Positions 9,011-18,156 of a stretch of DNA of 64,000 nucleotides are shown one piece after another; positions within the stretch are counted from its first letter, which is position 1; each line of letters opens with the position of its first letter. The stretch is from IMG/VR virus record IMGVR_UViG_2061766007_000951; one strand, written 5' to 3'. The translations under genes and the position numbers were made by a program. The notes below the pieces were generated by a model that was given only the letters and a program-made list of their open reading frames with translations, had not been told where the DNA came from and made no database searches. Source of the DNA: an uncultured virus (IMG/VR IMGVR_UViG_2061766007_000951) (lineage: Duplodnaviria; Heunggongvirae; Uroviricota; Caudoviricetes).

Positions 9011-9298
9011 TGTACCACTTTGTGTACCACTGCACCTTTTTGAGCTTCTTTTAAGACCCCTCTAAAAAAGAAACTCCGTAAATCCTTATATTATAAGCAT
9101 TTACGCGATGATTCCGATGCGACTCGAACGCACTACCTGTTGCTTAGGAGTTTGGTCAATTTCTGTTCACATCGGTTCATAAGTGTGCAAAACCCTTAAT
9201 AATTGCATATTTTACAATGATTTTTTGTGTTTTTCAATGTATTTTGTTCATAACTGTTCGCAAGTGTTCAGCGTTAATGTACCACTTTTGTGTACCAC
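9011..9298. other. attP of phage A with arm-type sites on both sides of the core
   Basis: TGTACCAC pairs at 9011/9023 and 9278/9291; 10-bp-phased GTTC at 9165/9175 and 9246/9256/9266. Confidence 0.8.
9109..9150 (-). other. att core = 3' half of tRNA-Arg(CCT), not a complete tRNA
   Basis: - strand CT-CCT-AA GCAAC AGGTA GTGCG TTCGAGT CGCAT CGGAATC A: anticodon loop, T arm, acceptor 3' strand. Confidence 0.85.
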
Positions 9299-9437
9299 TT
9301 TTTCCTGGCTGCAGATGTCCCTGCCATCGTTCTTTATGATGGTAAAGCTGTATTTTGATGGCAGAACTTTTTCAATTTCAACATTGTAATATTCTGCCAG
9401 TATCTTTCTTACATCTGCCTTACTCAAGACAATCGCT

Positions 9438-9689
9438 TCAGTCATTGCTCTGCTCCAGTTGTGCCTGAAGTTCATTGATTCTGTCGCGCACTTCCTGGCG
9501 CTCAGCAGAGAGTGTTTCATAATCGTATGGATCAGGATCGCCTTTAAGACGTGCCTCGTAAATCTTCACGATCTTCCAGTCTCCGATAGGACTTGTAGGA
9601 GCATCAAGACTTGAAACAAGAGCTCTGATTTCTGCGCTTATAGCGTCCTTTTCCATTTCTGTAAGTTGTGTGTTCTGATTTTTTGACAT
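9438..9689 (-). CDS. Putative tail-fibre assembly chaperone-like protein
   Basis: IGDWKIVKIYE...RQEVRDRINEL pattern; ortholog 55266-55523. Confidence 0.5.
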   Translation of the reverse strand: MSKNQNTQLTEMEKDAISAEIRALVSSLDAPTSPIGDWKIVKIYEARLKGDPDPYDYETLSAERQEVRDRINELQAQLEQSND

Positions 9690-10648
9690 TGTTTTTTCCT
9701 CCAAAAAGTTCTTTATATAAAGCGTCTGTTGTTTTTACGCTCAAATATGAATTGTATTTTACGATGTTTCCGCGCCAGCTTTTATACTGTTCTTTTGCCT
9801 GTTCCACTGTGATGCGCTTTTTGTCTACAAGCCCCTTGAGCTTTTTAAGTTTTCTTCTTTCGCGCACAATTGAACATCTGGCCGGAATAACAAGAATTCT
9901 GCCGGANNNNNNNNNNCCTCTTTTGTGTAGGTAGATTTTCGCAGTGTGTCATAAAGCGAGATTGCATCCAGCTTATCCGATTTTTCGTTGTACATGTCCC
10001 AGGCTTTGCGAAGTGCCCTGTTATAGGTCTTNNNNNNNNNNATATAAAACCTTTCTCAAGCTTTACAATCTGAGTTTTCTTTGAGTTGATCTGTATTCCC
10101 ATCTTCCTGGCAACCTGTTTATATTCTGCCAGAAGCTGTCTTAAAAACTCTTTGTCATTGTGGATGATATAGGTATCGTCCATATATCTGCCATAGTATT
10201 TACAGCCTTTTACTATCTTGCAGAAGTTATCAAGCTCTGTCGGATAAAATATTCCGGCGGTCTGTGAGAGCTGACTTCCAATTCCGACACCTTTTTCTCC
10301 AAAGGTCGATATAAGGTATTTTACAAGCTCGATGATTCTTTCATCATCTATCTTTTCTGCGATTTTCTGCAGAAGCATTTCATGCGGTATGTTATCAAAA
10401 TATTTTGAAAAATCTATAAGAAGAACATAACCTTTATTTCCGTGCTTACGGTAATATCTCTGCAAATGCACTTTCAGGCGGTCCCTTGAAAACTGGATGC
10501 CTTTTCCTTTTACGCTTGCAGCATTGTCATAAATAAGAGACTTGAATAAGACCGGATTCAAGACCTTATCGCACAATGTTCTTTGTACTACCCTGTCTGC
10601 AATATTCATTGCCTTTATATGTCTCTTTTTTCCTCGCTCGTTCAGGTC
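9604..10648 (-). CDS. DGR reverse transcriptase of phage A (interrupted by assembly gaps; 5' end missing)
   Basis: GVGIGSQLSQ and YGRYMDD motifs; colinear with intact RT at 55420-56565. Confidence 0.9.
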
Positions 10649-10823
10649 NNNNNNNNNNNNNNNNNNNNNNNNNNNNNNNNNNNNNNNNNNNNNNNNNNNN
10701 NNNNNNNNNNNNNNNNNNNNNNNNNNNNNNNNNNNNNNNNNNNNNNNNNNNNNNNNNNNNNNNNNNNNNNNNNNNNNNNNNNNNNNNNNNNNNNNNNNNN
10801 NNNNNNNNNNNNNNNNNAGACGC
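10649..10823 (-). repeat. Inferred position of phage A template repeat (almost entirely in N-gap)
   Basis: Only GCGTCT (10823-10818) is visible just after the avd stop; it matches the start of the VR at 33527; same position as TR in phage B. Confidence 0.55.
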
Positions 10824-10825
10824 TA

Positions 10826-11371
10826 TCAAGAATCACCCTGTTTTTCTTTTCTCCTCTTGTTGTCAGACTGTCTCCAGCCTTTTAATAAGCTCTCTTCCCG
10901 ATCCAGAGCTTTTAACAGATCTTCCGTAAACTTTATGCTTACATTAAAGATTTCTTTTATGTGTGCGATTTCTGTATAAATAATCTGTACCTGACTTATT
11001 GCCAGGTTCTGCTGTTTTCTCCGCTCTTCCCATTCAAAAGGTAAGGTCGGATTAAGCTTGTTTGCAACGGTAATATATAAAACAAGTCTTGCGGTATAAC
11101 CAGCTATAAGCTCCTGCTCATGCTTTATATACCACTCTGGATATTCGCCGTTATAGGTTTTATTTAAGTTTACGCTGTATTTTTCAAATATACTGTCAAT
11201 CAGCTTCTGGTCATCCTCGGTTATGTTCTTAATTACCTGGCGCACACTGCGGTAACTCTTTTTAAGTCCAAACTCGCGGATTAACCATTCATCTATAAGT
11301 GTGCGGATTCTTACGGCGTTTTTGTAATACTCCATCTTACTTAAATCTCGTAAACCACTTGGCACACTCAT
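10826..11371 (-). CDS. avd: DGR accessory variability determinant (Avd-like, four-helix bundle)
   Basis: MSV..S.ME.YKNA, VANKL.P...EWEERRKQQNLAI, LLKGWRQSD; lies between VR gene and TR/RT. Confidence 0.75.
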   Translation of the reverse strand: MSVPSGLRDLSKMEYYKNAVRIRTLIDEWLIREFGLKKSYRSVRQVIKNITEDDQKLIDSIFEKYSVNLNKTYNGEYPEWYIKHEQELIAGYTARLVLYITVANKLNPTLPFEWEERRKQQNLAISQVQIIYTEIAHIKEIFNVSIKFTEDLLKALDREESLLKGWRQSDNKRRKEKQGDS

Positions 11372-11418
11372 CTTTTTATCTGATCTCCTTTTGTCATAAA
11401 CTTATTCTTTTGTATGTG

Positions 11419-11442
11419 CTCCGCGCCCTCTCGGGCACGGAG
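11419..11442 (-). other. GC-rich hairpin downstream of VR/IMH
   Basis: CTCCGTGCCC-GAGA-GGGCGCGGAG; same core hairpin with GAAA loop at 33373-33392. Confidence 0.75.
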
Positions 11443-11455
11443 ATTAAGGCGGCGC

Positions 11456-12880
11456 TTACGCTGCGATTACGAAGCGGGGCCGAACATAAAGGCTCGCACC
11501 CGACGCGTTGTAGCAGTACGCATAGCCAAGGCCGTACACAATGCANNNNNNNNNNCCTTTAGCCAGTAATAAGAGCTTCTGTTATTGATAGCTTTCTTAG
11601 AGAAAAGAAACAGAGGCAGTTGTTTACAAGCTGTTCCTGTATCATATCCTGAAGAGCTCCAAACGGTAGAACCGTAAACTTCAACTTCGCTCATTAAGAT
11701 GGCCTGTTCGCTGGACCACTCCCATCCGTTGGAGCATCCGCTTGCTGCACCTAGTCTGTTGTAGCCGGTTGCATTTATTGCATTGCTTATCAATTCTCTT
11801 GTGGTTTTAAGATGGCTTCCAAACTCTGCATAAAGCTGCTGGTTTATTGTGGCACCGCTTGCGGTACTTCCCTGACTTACTACAGCACCAATTGTCGCTG
11901 TTCTCATTTCACTTGATTTATAAGCGCCGGTTGTAGAGTTTGTGCTGTTCATTCTCTTTCTACCAAAATGGAAAGAACCNNNNNNNNNNAGCACCGCTTG
12001 CGGTACTTCCCTGACTTACTACAGCACCGATTGTTGCTGTTCTCATTTCACTTGATTTATAAGCACCAGTTGTAGAGTTTGTGCTGTTCATTCTCTTTCT
12101 ACCAAAATGGAAAGAACCGGTCTCACCTTTTCCTGGAACCATAACAAGATGGTTATAGTCCATACTGATATTATCACCGTTACCTCTGAGCGAGTTAATT
12201 CCGGCAATTGTTACCCACTGAGAACCTGTTACAGCATACTGTGAATCCTGCTCAGGCGCAGTAATTGCCCGCGACATCTGGAAGAAGTCCCCGACATAAA
12301 TATCTTCAAAAAGCGCAAAGCCGTCTGTTCCGTTCAAGCGCTTCCAGAGTGTGCCGTCAGAATAATAAGCAGTGATGTCTTTTCCCAAAACTCCACCAAC
12401 CCAGCGCGGAATATTATGATCCTGTTCGATGTGGTTTTCGTTTAAGACAACCCACTTCTGCTGACGTGTTCCGCTGATAGTTACATCAATGTATTTAAGA
12501 TGAAGCCAGGAGCCTGCAGCAGTTGCCTGGAGAGTTTTTCCGGTCAAAGGTGCAAGCGGCATTGCACCTGTTCCTGCAAAATTCATTGTAGGTGAAACCG
12601 CACCGTCTCCGTTTGTCATGTAAACCAGAACTTCACGCCCCGAAACCAGACTGAAATCAGGACATGTGTCTGTTACCAGGGATGCAGTTTTTGCGGCAGT
12701 GCTTGCAGCTGTTGTACAAACTCCCACCGGAATAGACTGCAGAAGCGCCTTGCTTACGCCCTTATCTGCATCGTTTGATGTTCCTGGAGCATGGCGCACC
12801 TGGACCATATCTGAATCTGAAAGCTGAGCAAGAGAAAGCCTCTCGCTCGACGTACCGCCCTTAAATCTTGTGTTAGGCAT
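11456..12880 (-). CDS. DGR target 1 of phage A: putative tail fibre/receptor-binding protein with C-terminal variable domain (split by gaps)
   Basis: Ortholog of 57457-58794; true C-terminus CIVYGLGYAYCYNASGASLYVRPRFVIAA*; visible VR 11475-11545. Confidence 0.85.
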
Positions 12881-13091
12881 TTGATTTTTCCCCCATTATG
12901 TCTTTGATTTTTTTAGCTTGTACCGCGTCTGCCGGTGGGGCTGATGGCATTACAGGAGGCATCTGTCCCATTTCCCTCTGTTTAATAAACTGAGTTGTAA
13001 GATTTGCCGACAGAACCGCATAAGGTTCCAACAGCTTAAGAACCATTGAAACCTGCTCCGCGGTCATTGTGAATGTAAATTGATTGTTCAT
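12873..13091 (-). CDS. Hypothetical protein, probably leaderless
   Basis: ATG directly after late motif TGACATTATTTAT; overlaps start of next gene. Confidence 0.55.
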   Translation of the reverse strand: MNNQFTFTMTAEQVSMVLKLLEPYAVLSANLTTQFIKQREMGQMPPVMPSAPPADAVQAKKIKDIMGEKSNA

Positions 13092-13107
13092 ATAAATAAT
13101 GTCAGAT

Positions 13108-16100
13108 TTAAATATTACCGATTTTTAATTTTGTAATAACATTTAAATCTAAACCACCTGATGTAAAATTGAAAACACATTGCTGATAATCTTTTCGAGA
13201 AAACATTGTAGATTCCTGAACATGCTCCAAAGAAGCTGTACAAACACTTGATACTTCATGTATCTTATATAACCAAGCCGAACCTATATTATAAATAATT
13301 CCACTTTGAACGTAATAAGAATAATTTCCTGCCAAAAGATAAATTGAGACATCAGAGGCCGCATTATATCCTGTAAAAGATGGAATATGTTCATTATATT
13401 GACTTCGACCTTTATAACAAAATATTAAATACACTCCATTCGGAATAAAATAAGAAGAAGCAGAAACGCTCTCAGCTTCTCCTAAACCACCCTTAAATAC
13501 ACTATTACCATCTGCAAAAAAATTTGTAGTTTTAAGCTGATCAAAAACACCTTCTTTTGCAGTAACAATACTTGCCCAGACAGCATCAGCATCAATTAAC
13601 TTCGTTCTAATCATACCATTCAGAATAATAGTGCCATAATCAGAGCTTGCAGCTTTTGCAACCATATCGGCATAAGAAGAATAACCAAGCTTTTGTGCGA
13701 GGTTTTCCTGGGAGATTGTCTGCGCATCTGATGCATATCCTTGAGCAAGTAAATCTTCTGCAGCAATCTTGTCGTTTACTTCGCCGACGGTGATAAGGGA
13801 ACCGGCATTGATTACGCCTGCAGTAACAAGCTCAATAAATGCCTGATTTGCAACAAGCATATCGGCGTAGATGCTGTTAGAAGTAAGGTGATCAAGATAC
13901 TCCCAGGCATAAGAATTATTATGCTCAAGGTCTGCGCCGGCAATTCCTAAAACATCAGGCAATACAAAGGTACTGTGGCCGACATCATTGTCGGGCTCCC
14001 ATTTCCAGGCTTTATTTGGACCGATGTATTTATAAACCTTTGCCTGCTTGAAAACACCTTCGCTGGAAAGTGTAGATTCTGCATTTGCGCCGCTCCACAC
14101 AAAATAATCATTCAGGTTTGCGCTGTTCGGAATATTGGCAAGGCTTGAAATCATACCAAGATAGATGCCCTGAGTAAGTCCGAAATATGAGAACCAGATA
14201 TTATAAGTGTACTGAGTTGATGCGCTTTCCAGGTTCATATAATTTGCATCGTTTTCATCTACATAGGTGTTGCCGTTTTCATCCTCGTACTGTTCATAAG
14301 CAACAACAGGAGTATAAATTACAGGAATTGCAAACTGGCCGGAACGGACAATAGCACCTTCTGCAATGTGGAAAACAACCTTACCGCCGACAACTTCATA
14401 AGTCCAGCCGGATGGAACATTTATTGTACCGATAGAAAAAGCTCTCTCTTCCCAGCCCTGCTGTACTGTAATCTGTGTTTCTACAGTCTGAGCAGTAACT
14501 ACATTTCCAAGCTCGTCTGTTTCGACAACAACGCTTGTAACATCAGCATTTACTGCAATAGGCATTTCCAGAAGCTTATAAGCATTGATTAAATCTTCCT
14601 GCAGAACGTTCATGTCCTGGCGCAGTCTTGTAATATCATTTACATTTACGCCGCGGTTCCCTTCCTGTGGGCGTGTTACATTACTTTTATATGCCGGAAT
14701 AGGTCCGCCGTAAGAGTAAACATCAGGATCATAATTGCGCAAGGTTAAAACATATCCGCTCTTACCGTTTGGCTTTATGCCGTAAATCTTCATTGTATGA
14801 GTTACTTTTGTAAAGCCGCCGTTTTCATCCAAAAGCCCAAAAGACAGATGGTTTCCAAGAGTTGGTACAATTAAGCTCTGATCCGGTGTAAGAGGTACTG
14901 AGAAAGTAAGAGTTCTTGTCTGTCCTGTTCCGGTTACTTCTGCGCTGATGAGCTTGAAGCCGTAATCGTTCATTGCCTGGATTACAACGCCATAGCGTGA
15001 ACCGGAAACAAAATCAACTGCATCTGAGATGTCGATTTTTGTAATCTGATTTGATGTATTGTAATAAACATGCTTGATAACGCTTGAACGGAGGCCCTGC
15101 AGAAGCTGTGGAAGCTGCATCAAAACTGTTGAATAAAGCGGATAAAAGTCTCCCTCACTTCCTACATCAACTTCCATTGTCTGTGGCATGAGCTGAATTT
15201 CGCGGTGCTTTCTTTGTGCAAGCTTGTAGGCGTGGTTATAGGTTGTTACATAATCAAGCGCCAGTGAATCAACCTGATCTGTTGCGTAATCATAAGAGCC
15301 GCCGTCGAGCATTGAATAGAAAGTGTCTACGGTCCAGCTGTCGCGGTTTGTAAAGGTTACTTTTTTACCATCAAGCTTACGGGCAAGGCTCTTGCTCCAG
15401 GTCATTGAAATAATGTTTTCGCTGTTCAAAAGCGCTACAGGGTTTGTTTCTTCCTTATCGGTGCACACTTCGAGCAAGCCGTCTGCATTTATAATGAGCG
15501 TAGAATTACAGATGGTCAGAAGCTTTTCGATAAGGTCTTTTTTCTTGATGCTTTCTGAAACAATTCCATCGCAGTAAAACTCATTTGTTGCACAATAATC
15601 ATGCAGTGCCCCGAAAGAAGGCAGATAGATTTCATCATCATCAAACTTTGAAGGCTCGTGAATATCTGTTGTTAAAACTTCCAGAATCCAGTCTGCAACG
15701 TTTCTTGTCGGTGTTTTTGTTTCGCTCCAGGCGTTACTGCTCCAGGTTCTTGCGAGGCCCTGAGAATATACATGCAGTTCATCGAGCATGTTTTCTGTTG
15801 AATCGTTTGCAATGATTCTGTAAGCAACGCGTGTAATCTTGTCTTTAAGCCGATCTTCAACTACATAGCATGGTTCAAGTGTATTTGCAGAAGAAAGAGC
15901 CGCATCATAACAGAAAGTCTGATACCACAAAAGGCTGCAGTCCTCCTGAGTGCCCGATTCTGCCTTTGGAGTTTCTTTTACAACCTTAATTAAAATATCT
16001 TTGCCATAGCTTTCCTGAGCCGTAAAGTTTTTGGTTGCAACAAAGCGAATTGTCTTGTTTGAGTTTTTGGTAAAGGTGTTGTTTGTTGAACCTTCAAAAG

Positions 16101-17001
16101 TAAACTCATTCCAACTCTGGCCGCCATCGTTACTCCAGTAAGGACGTACAACAGCAGTGCGCTCGGTCCATACTTCATTTTCTGAATCGTAAGAACGGAG
16201 GCAAGAGAAGGCAATACAAACCTGAATCTTATACGCATTGCTTGCCGCCTGAACAGTAACAGGCACTGCATCCTGTCCGTAATCGTGCTTAAGCTCTGCG
16301 CCGGAATAAGTTGAGCTTACCTTATAATTGCAGTTGGTAAGCGTCATGTCCTGCCCTGGTTGTCTTACTTCTGCACGTCCTTCATAAACCTGTGAATCAA
16401 AATCAACCTCGCCGGAAATTCCGCTCTGATCTGATACAAGAGTTTCATTGCCGATTAAAATGTCTGTAACTTTCTGGGCACCATATCCGGCTGAGAAAAC
16501 TGCATTGTAATATGAATTAACACCGTCTGTACCGTCAATGCTATAAAATCCGTTTGTAAGGTTGTATGGCGTATTATAAACAGAACCCATTACAAACTGC
16601 ACAGGATTTCCAAGTGCATTTTTATTTCTTGCACCGCGGATAAATGGAAGCTGCTGAGCCTGCTGGGCCTGGTTCTGTGCATTGCGCTGGGCCTTTTCCA
16701 TTTCCTTACGGGCTTCTTCTGATTTTTTGTTTGCATAAACAGCGGCACCTACACCTACACCTACTGCAACAACAGCAACGGCAACTGCAACAATTGCAAT
16801 GGTAGTAACTGCGCCAGGAACCTTGCGGACGTAAAGAACATCATCCGGCTGCACCTCGTAATTTTCATCAATGCGGTTTCCGGCTTTTAACACAAGAGAA
16901 TGTTTGAAATTGATTTCTGGAAATATGTCTTTAAGTTTGCCGTTTGCGTTATAGTTAGTATGTTCTGCAGTTAAAGTGTCGTAGACGCTGATTCTTCCCA
17001 T
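13108..17001 (-). CDS. Tail tip / host-specificity protein (lambda gpI-gpJ-like fusion)
   Basis: 1297 aa after NlpC/P60 gene; PTRNVADWILEVL, FYCDG motifs; ortholog 58816-62589. Confidence 0.8.
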   Translation of the reverse strand: MGRISVYDTLTAEHTNYNANGKLKDIFPEINFKHSLVLKAGNRIDENYEVQPDDVLYVRKVPGAVTTIAIVAVAVAVVAVGVGVGAAVYANKKSEEARKEMEKAQRNAQNQAQQAQQLPFIRGARNKNALGNPVQFVMGSVYNTPYNLTNGFYSIDGTDGVNSYYNAVFSAGYGAQKVTDILIGNETLVSDQSGISGEVDFDSQVYEGRAEVRQPGQDMTLTNCNYKVSSTYSGAELKHDYGQDAVPVTVQAASNAYKIQVCIAFSCLRSYDSENEVWTERTAVVRPYWSNDGGQSWNEFTFEGSTNNTFTKNSNKTIRFVATKNFTAQESYGKDILIKVVKETPKAESGTQEDCSLLWYQTFCYDAALSSANTLEPCYVVEDRLKDKITRVAYRIIANDSTENMLDELHVYSQGLARTWSSNAWSETKTPTRNVADWILEVLTTDIHEPSKFDDDEIYLPSFGALHDYCATNEFYCDGIVSESIKKKDLIEKLLTICNSTLIINADGLLEVCTDKEETNPVALLNSENIISMTWSKSLARKLDGKKVTFTNRDSWTVDTFYSMLDGGSYDYATDQVDSLALDYVTTYNHAYKLAQRKHREIQLMPQTMEVDVGSEGDFYPLYSTVLMQLPQLLQGLRSSVIKHVYYNTSNQITKIDISDAVDFVSGSRYGVVIQAMNDYGFKLISAEVTGTGQTRTLTFSVPLTPDQSLIVPTLGNHLSFGLLDENGGFTKVTHTMKIYGIKPNGKSGYVLTLRNYDPDVYSYGGPIPAYKSNVTRPQEGNRGVNVNDITRLRQDMNVLQEDLINAYKLLEMPIAVNADVTSVVVETDELGNVVTAQTVETQITVQQGWEERAFSIGTINVPSGWTYEVVGGKVVFHIAEGAIVRSGQFAIPVIYTPVVAYEQYEDENGNTYVDENDANYMNLESASTQYTYNIWFSYFGLTQGIYLGMISSLANIPNSANLNDYFVWSGANAESTLSSEGVFKQAKVYKYIGPNKAWKWEPDNDVGHSTFVLPDVLGIAGADLEHNNSYAWEYLDHLTSNSIYADMLVANQAFIELVTAGVINAGSLITVGEVNDKIAAEDLLAQGYASDAQTISQENLAQKLGYSSYADMVAKAASSDYGTIILNGMIRTKLIDADAVWASIVTAKEGVFDQLKTTNFFADGNSVFKGGLGEAESVSASSYFIPNGVYLIFCYKGRSQYNEHIPSFTGYNAASDVSIYLLAGNYSYYVQSGIIYNIGSAWLYKIHEVSSVCTASLEHVQESTMFSRKDYQQCVFNFTSGGLDLNVITKLKIGNI

Positions 17002-17357
17002 TCTGGTACCTCGTAGATATTACGGAGCATTTTTGAGTAAATGGGTGAGATTTTAACTCCCTGATTTATAGTTGCGTGTATCATAACGCGCTCATCAAGA
17101 GCAACAGCAGTGTGAAGCTCGCCGGCCTTTACCATTTCCAAAAGTGCACCTTCATAAATAAAGTCAATCTTCTTTAAGCCAAGAGTTGGTGCATACTCCT
17201 GAGCAAGAGCTTCATCGTGATTTTCGCAAACTACATCTTTAAGGCGGCGGTGCAGGCGCTTTTCTACTTCGATGCATACACCGTAGCAGTCCATACCGTC
17301 CTTATCGCGCCCACCGTCTTTATAAGGTATTCCTATAAGGTCCGAAACATCTATCAT
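16971..17357 (-). CDS. NlpC/P60 tail tip protein (gpK-like)
   Basis: LIGIPYKDGGRDKDGMDCYG...H...MIHAT. Confidence 0.85.
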   Translation of the reverse strand: MIDVSDLIGIPYKDGGRDKDGMDCYGVCIEVEKRLHRRLKDVVCENHDEALAQEYAPTLGLKKIDFIYEGALLEMVKAGELHTAVALDERVMIHATINQGVKISPIYSKMLRNIYEVPEWEESASTTL

Positions 17358-17806
17358 GCATTACCTTTGTTTAAGTCCGTATCGTATTTGTAAACAGTAA
17401 ACTGCATATCAAGGCGGCCATCGTTTTCAAGCGTGAAGTTGATCTCGTTATTGTCTCCCATTGAGATACTGCCGTAAAAGTGTTTATAAGACTTGATTTC
17501 CTGAACTTCTGATCCGTTGATGATTCCCACTACCGTGAGCATATAGCGGTAGTCTGCCTTGTCTATCCACTCAACAAGATCAGCATTGTCTATTGCGGAA
17601 ATATTAAGGGAACCGCCGCCTCCCAGGGAATCCGGTCTTGTATAATCGAAATTTGCAGGACTGTATGTTTCATTGTTAAAAACAACATTCTGGTTATTGT
17701 TTACAAAGCGGAGTGTTCCTGCAACCGGATGAGAGAGCTTTATGAGATACTGTTTGGCGTAGTTTCCACCGTCGAAAAAAAGGCGGTATATCTGAGCCGC
17801 TGTCAT
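17354..17806 (-). CDS. Minor tail protein (DUF1833/gpL-like)
   Basis: LIKLSHP...LRFVNNNQNV; position. Confidence 0.65.
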   Translation of the reverse strand: MTAAQIYRLFFDGGNYAKQYLIKLSHPVAGTLRFVNNNQNVVFNNETYSPANFDYTRPDSLGGGGSLNISAIDNADLVEWIDKADYRYMLTVVGIINGSEVQEIKSYKHFYGSISMGDNNEINFTLENDGRLDMQFTVYKYDTDLNKGNA

Positions 17807-18147
17807 TAAAGCACCTCCTGAATTTCCATTGAGAGTGTGCGCGTTGTCTGATCCGTGTCATCAGGGTTTGGAACGCTCTTAAACTTGTAATATCCGTTGC
17901 CGATTGCAGAACAGGTAAAAGCGTTTGCAGTCTGTCCCAAAACATCATTGAACCAGGTCCAGAAGGCAGCAAGCTCTGTATGAGTTACCTGAAGCTTGAG
18001 CTTGTAACTCATAAGCTTTTTTGTGTTTATCTGCCAGGCAACGCGGCGCCCCGAAAGAAAAGACACTTCTTCTGTATTTTCAATCGGCTGGTCGTTGCCG
18101 GAATAAAATCTTGTATTAACTGTACTTGGCCATGTACTTACTGTCAT
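17806..18147 (-). CDS. Distal tail protein (gpM-like)
   Basis: TWP..., FWTWFNDVL; directly after tape measure gene. Confidence 0.6.
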   Translation of the reverse strand: MTVSTWPSTVNTRFYSGNDQPIENTEEVSFLSGRRVAWQINTKKLMSYKLKLQVTHTELAAFWTWFNDVLGQTANAFTCSAIGNGYYKFKSVPNPDDTDQTTRTLSMEIQEVL

Positions 18148-18156
18148 ATAAACTCC

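Noticed and set aside
9109..9150. Phage-encoded tRNA genes (also 54942-54983)
   Set aside because: The 5' acceptor strand and D arm are absent; these are att cores.
9917..10031. Integrase fragment apparently inserted in the phage A RT gene
   Set aside because: It is a variant copy of ~8717-8831 flanked by N10 gaps on both sides; best explained as a mis-scaffolded strain bubble, not a real insertion.
11467..11555. ORF-track C-terminus ALCTALAMRTATTRR as a real frameshift in phage A target 1
   Set aside because: The frame change arises from the arbitrary 10-N gap; the other frame gives the expected YVRPRFVIAA end.
11870..12120. Apparent tandem duplications in target 1, and likewise at 23036-23280 and 34780-34995
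   Set aside because: Each pair straddles an N10 gap and differs by scattered substitutions; these are alternative alleles placed in tandem by the assembler.
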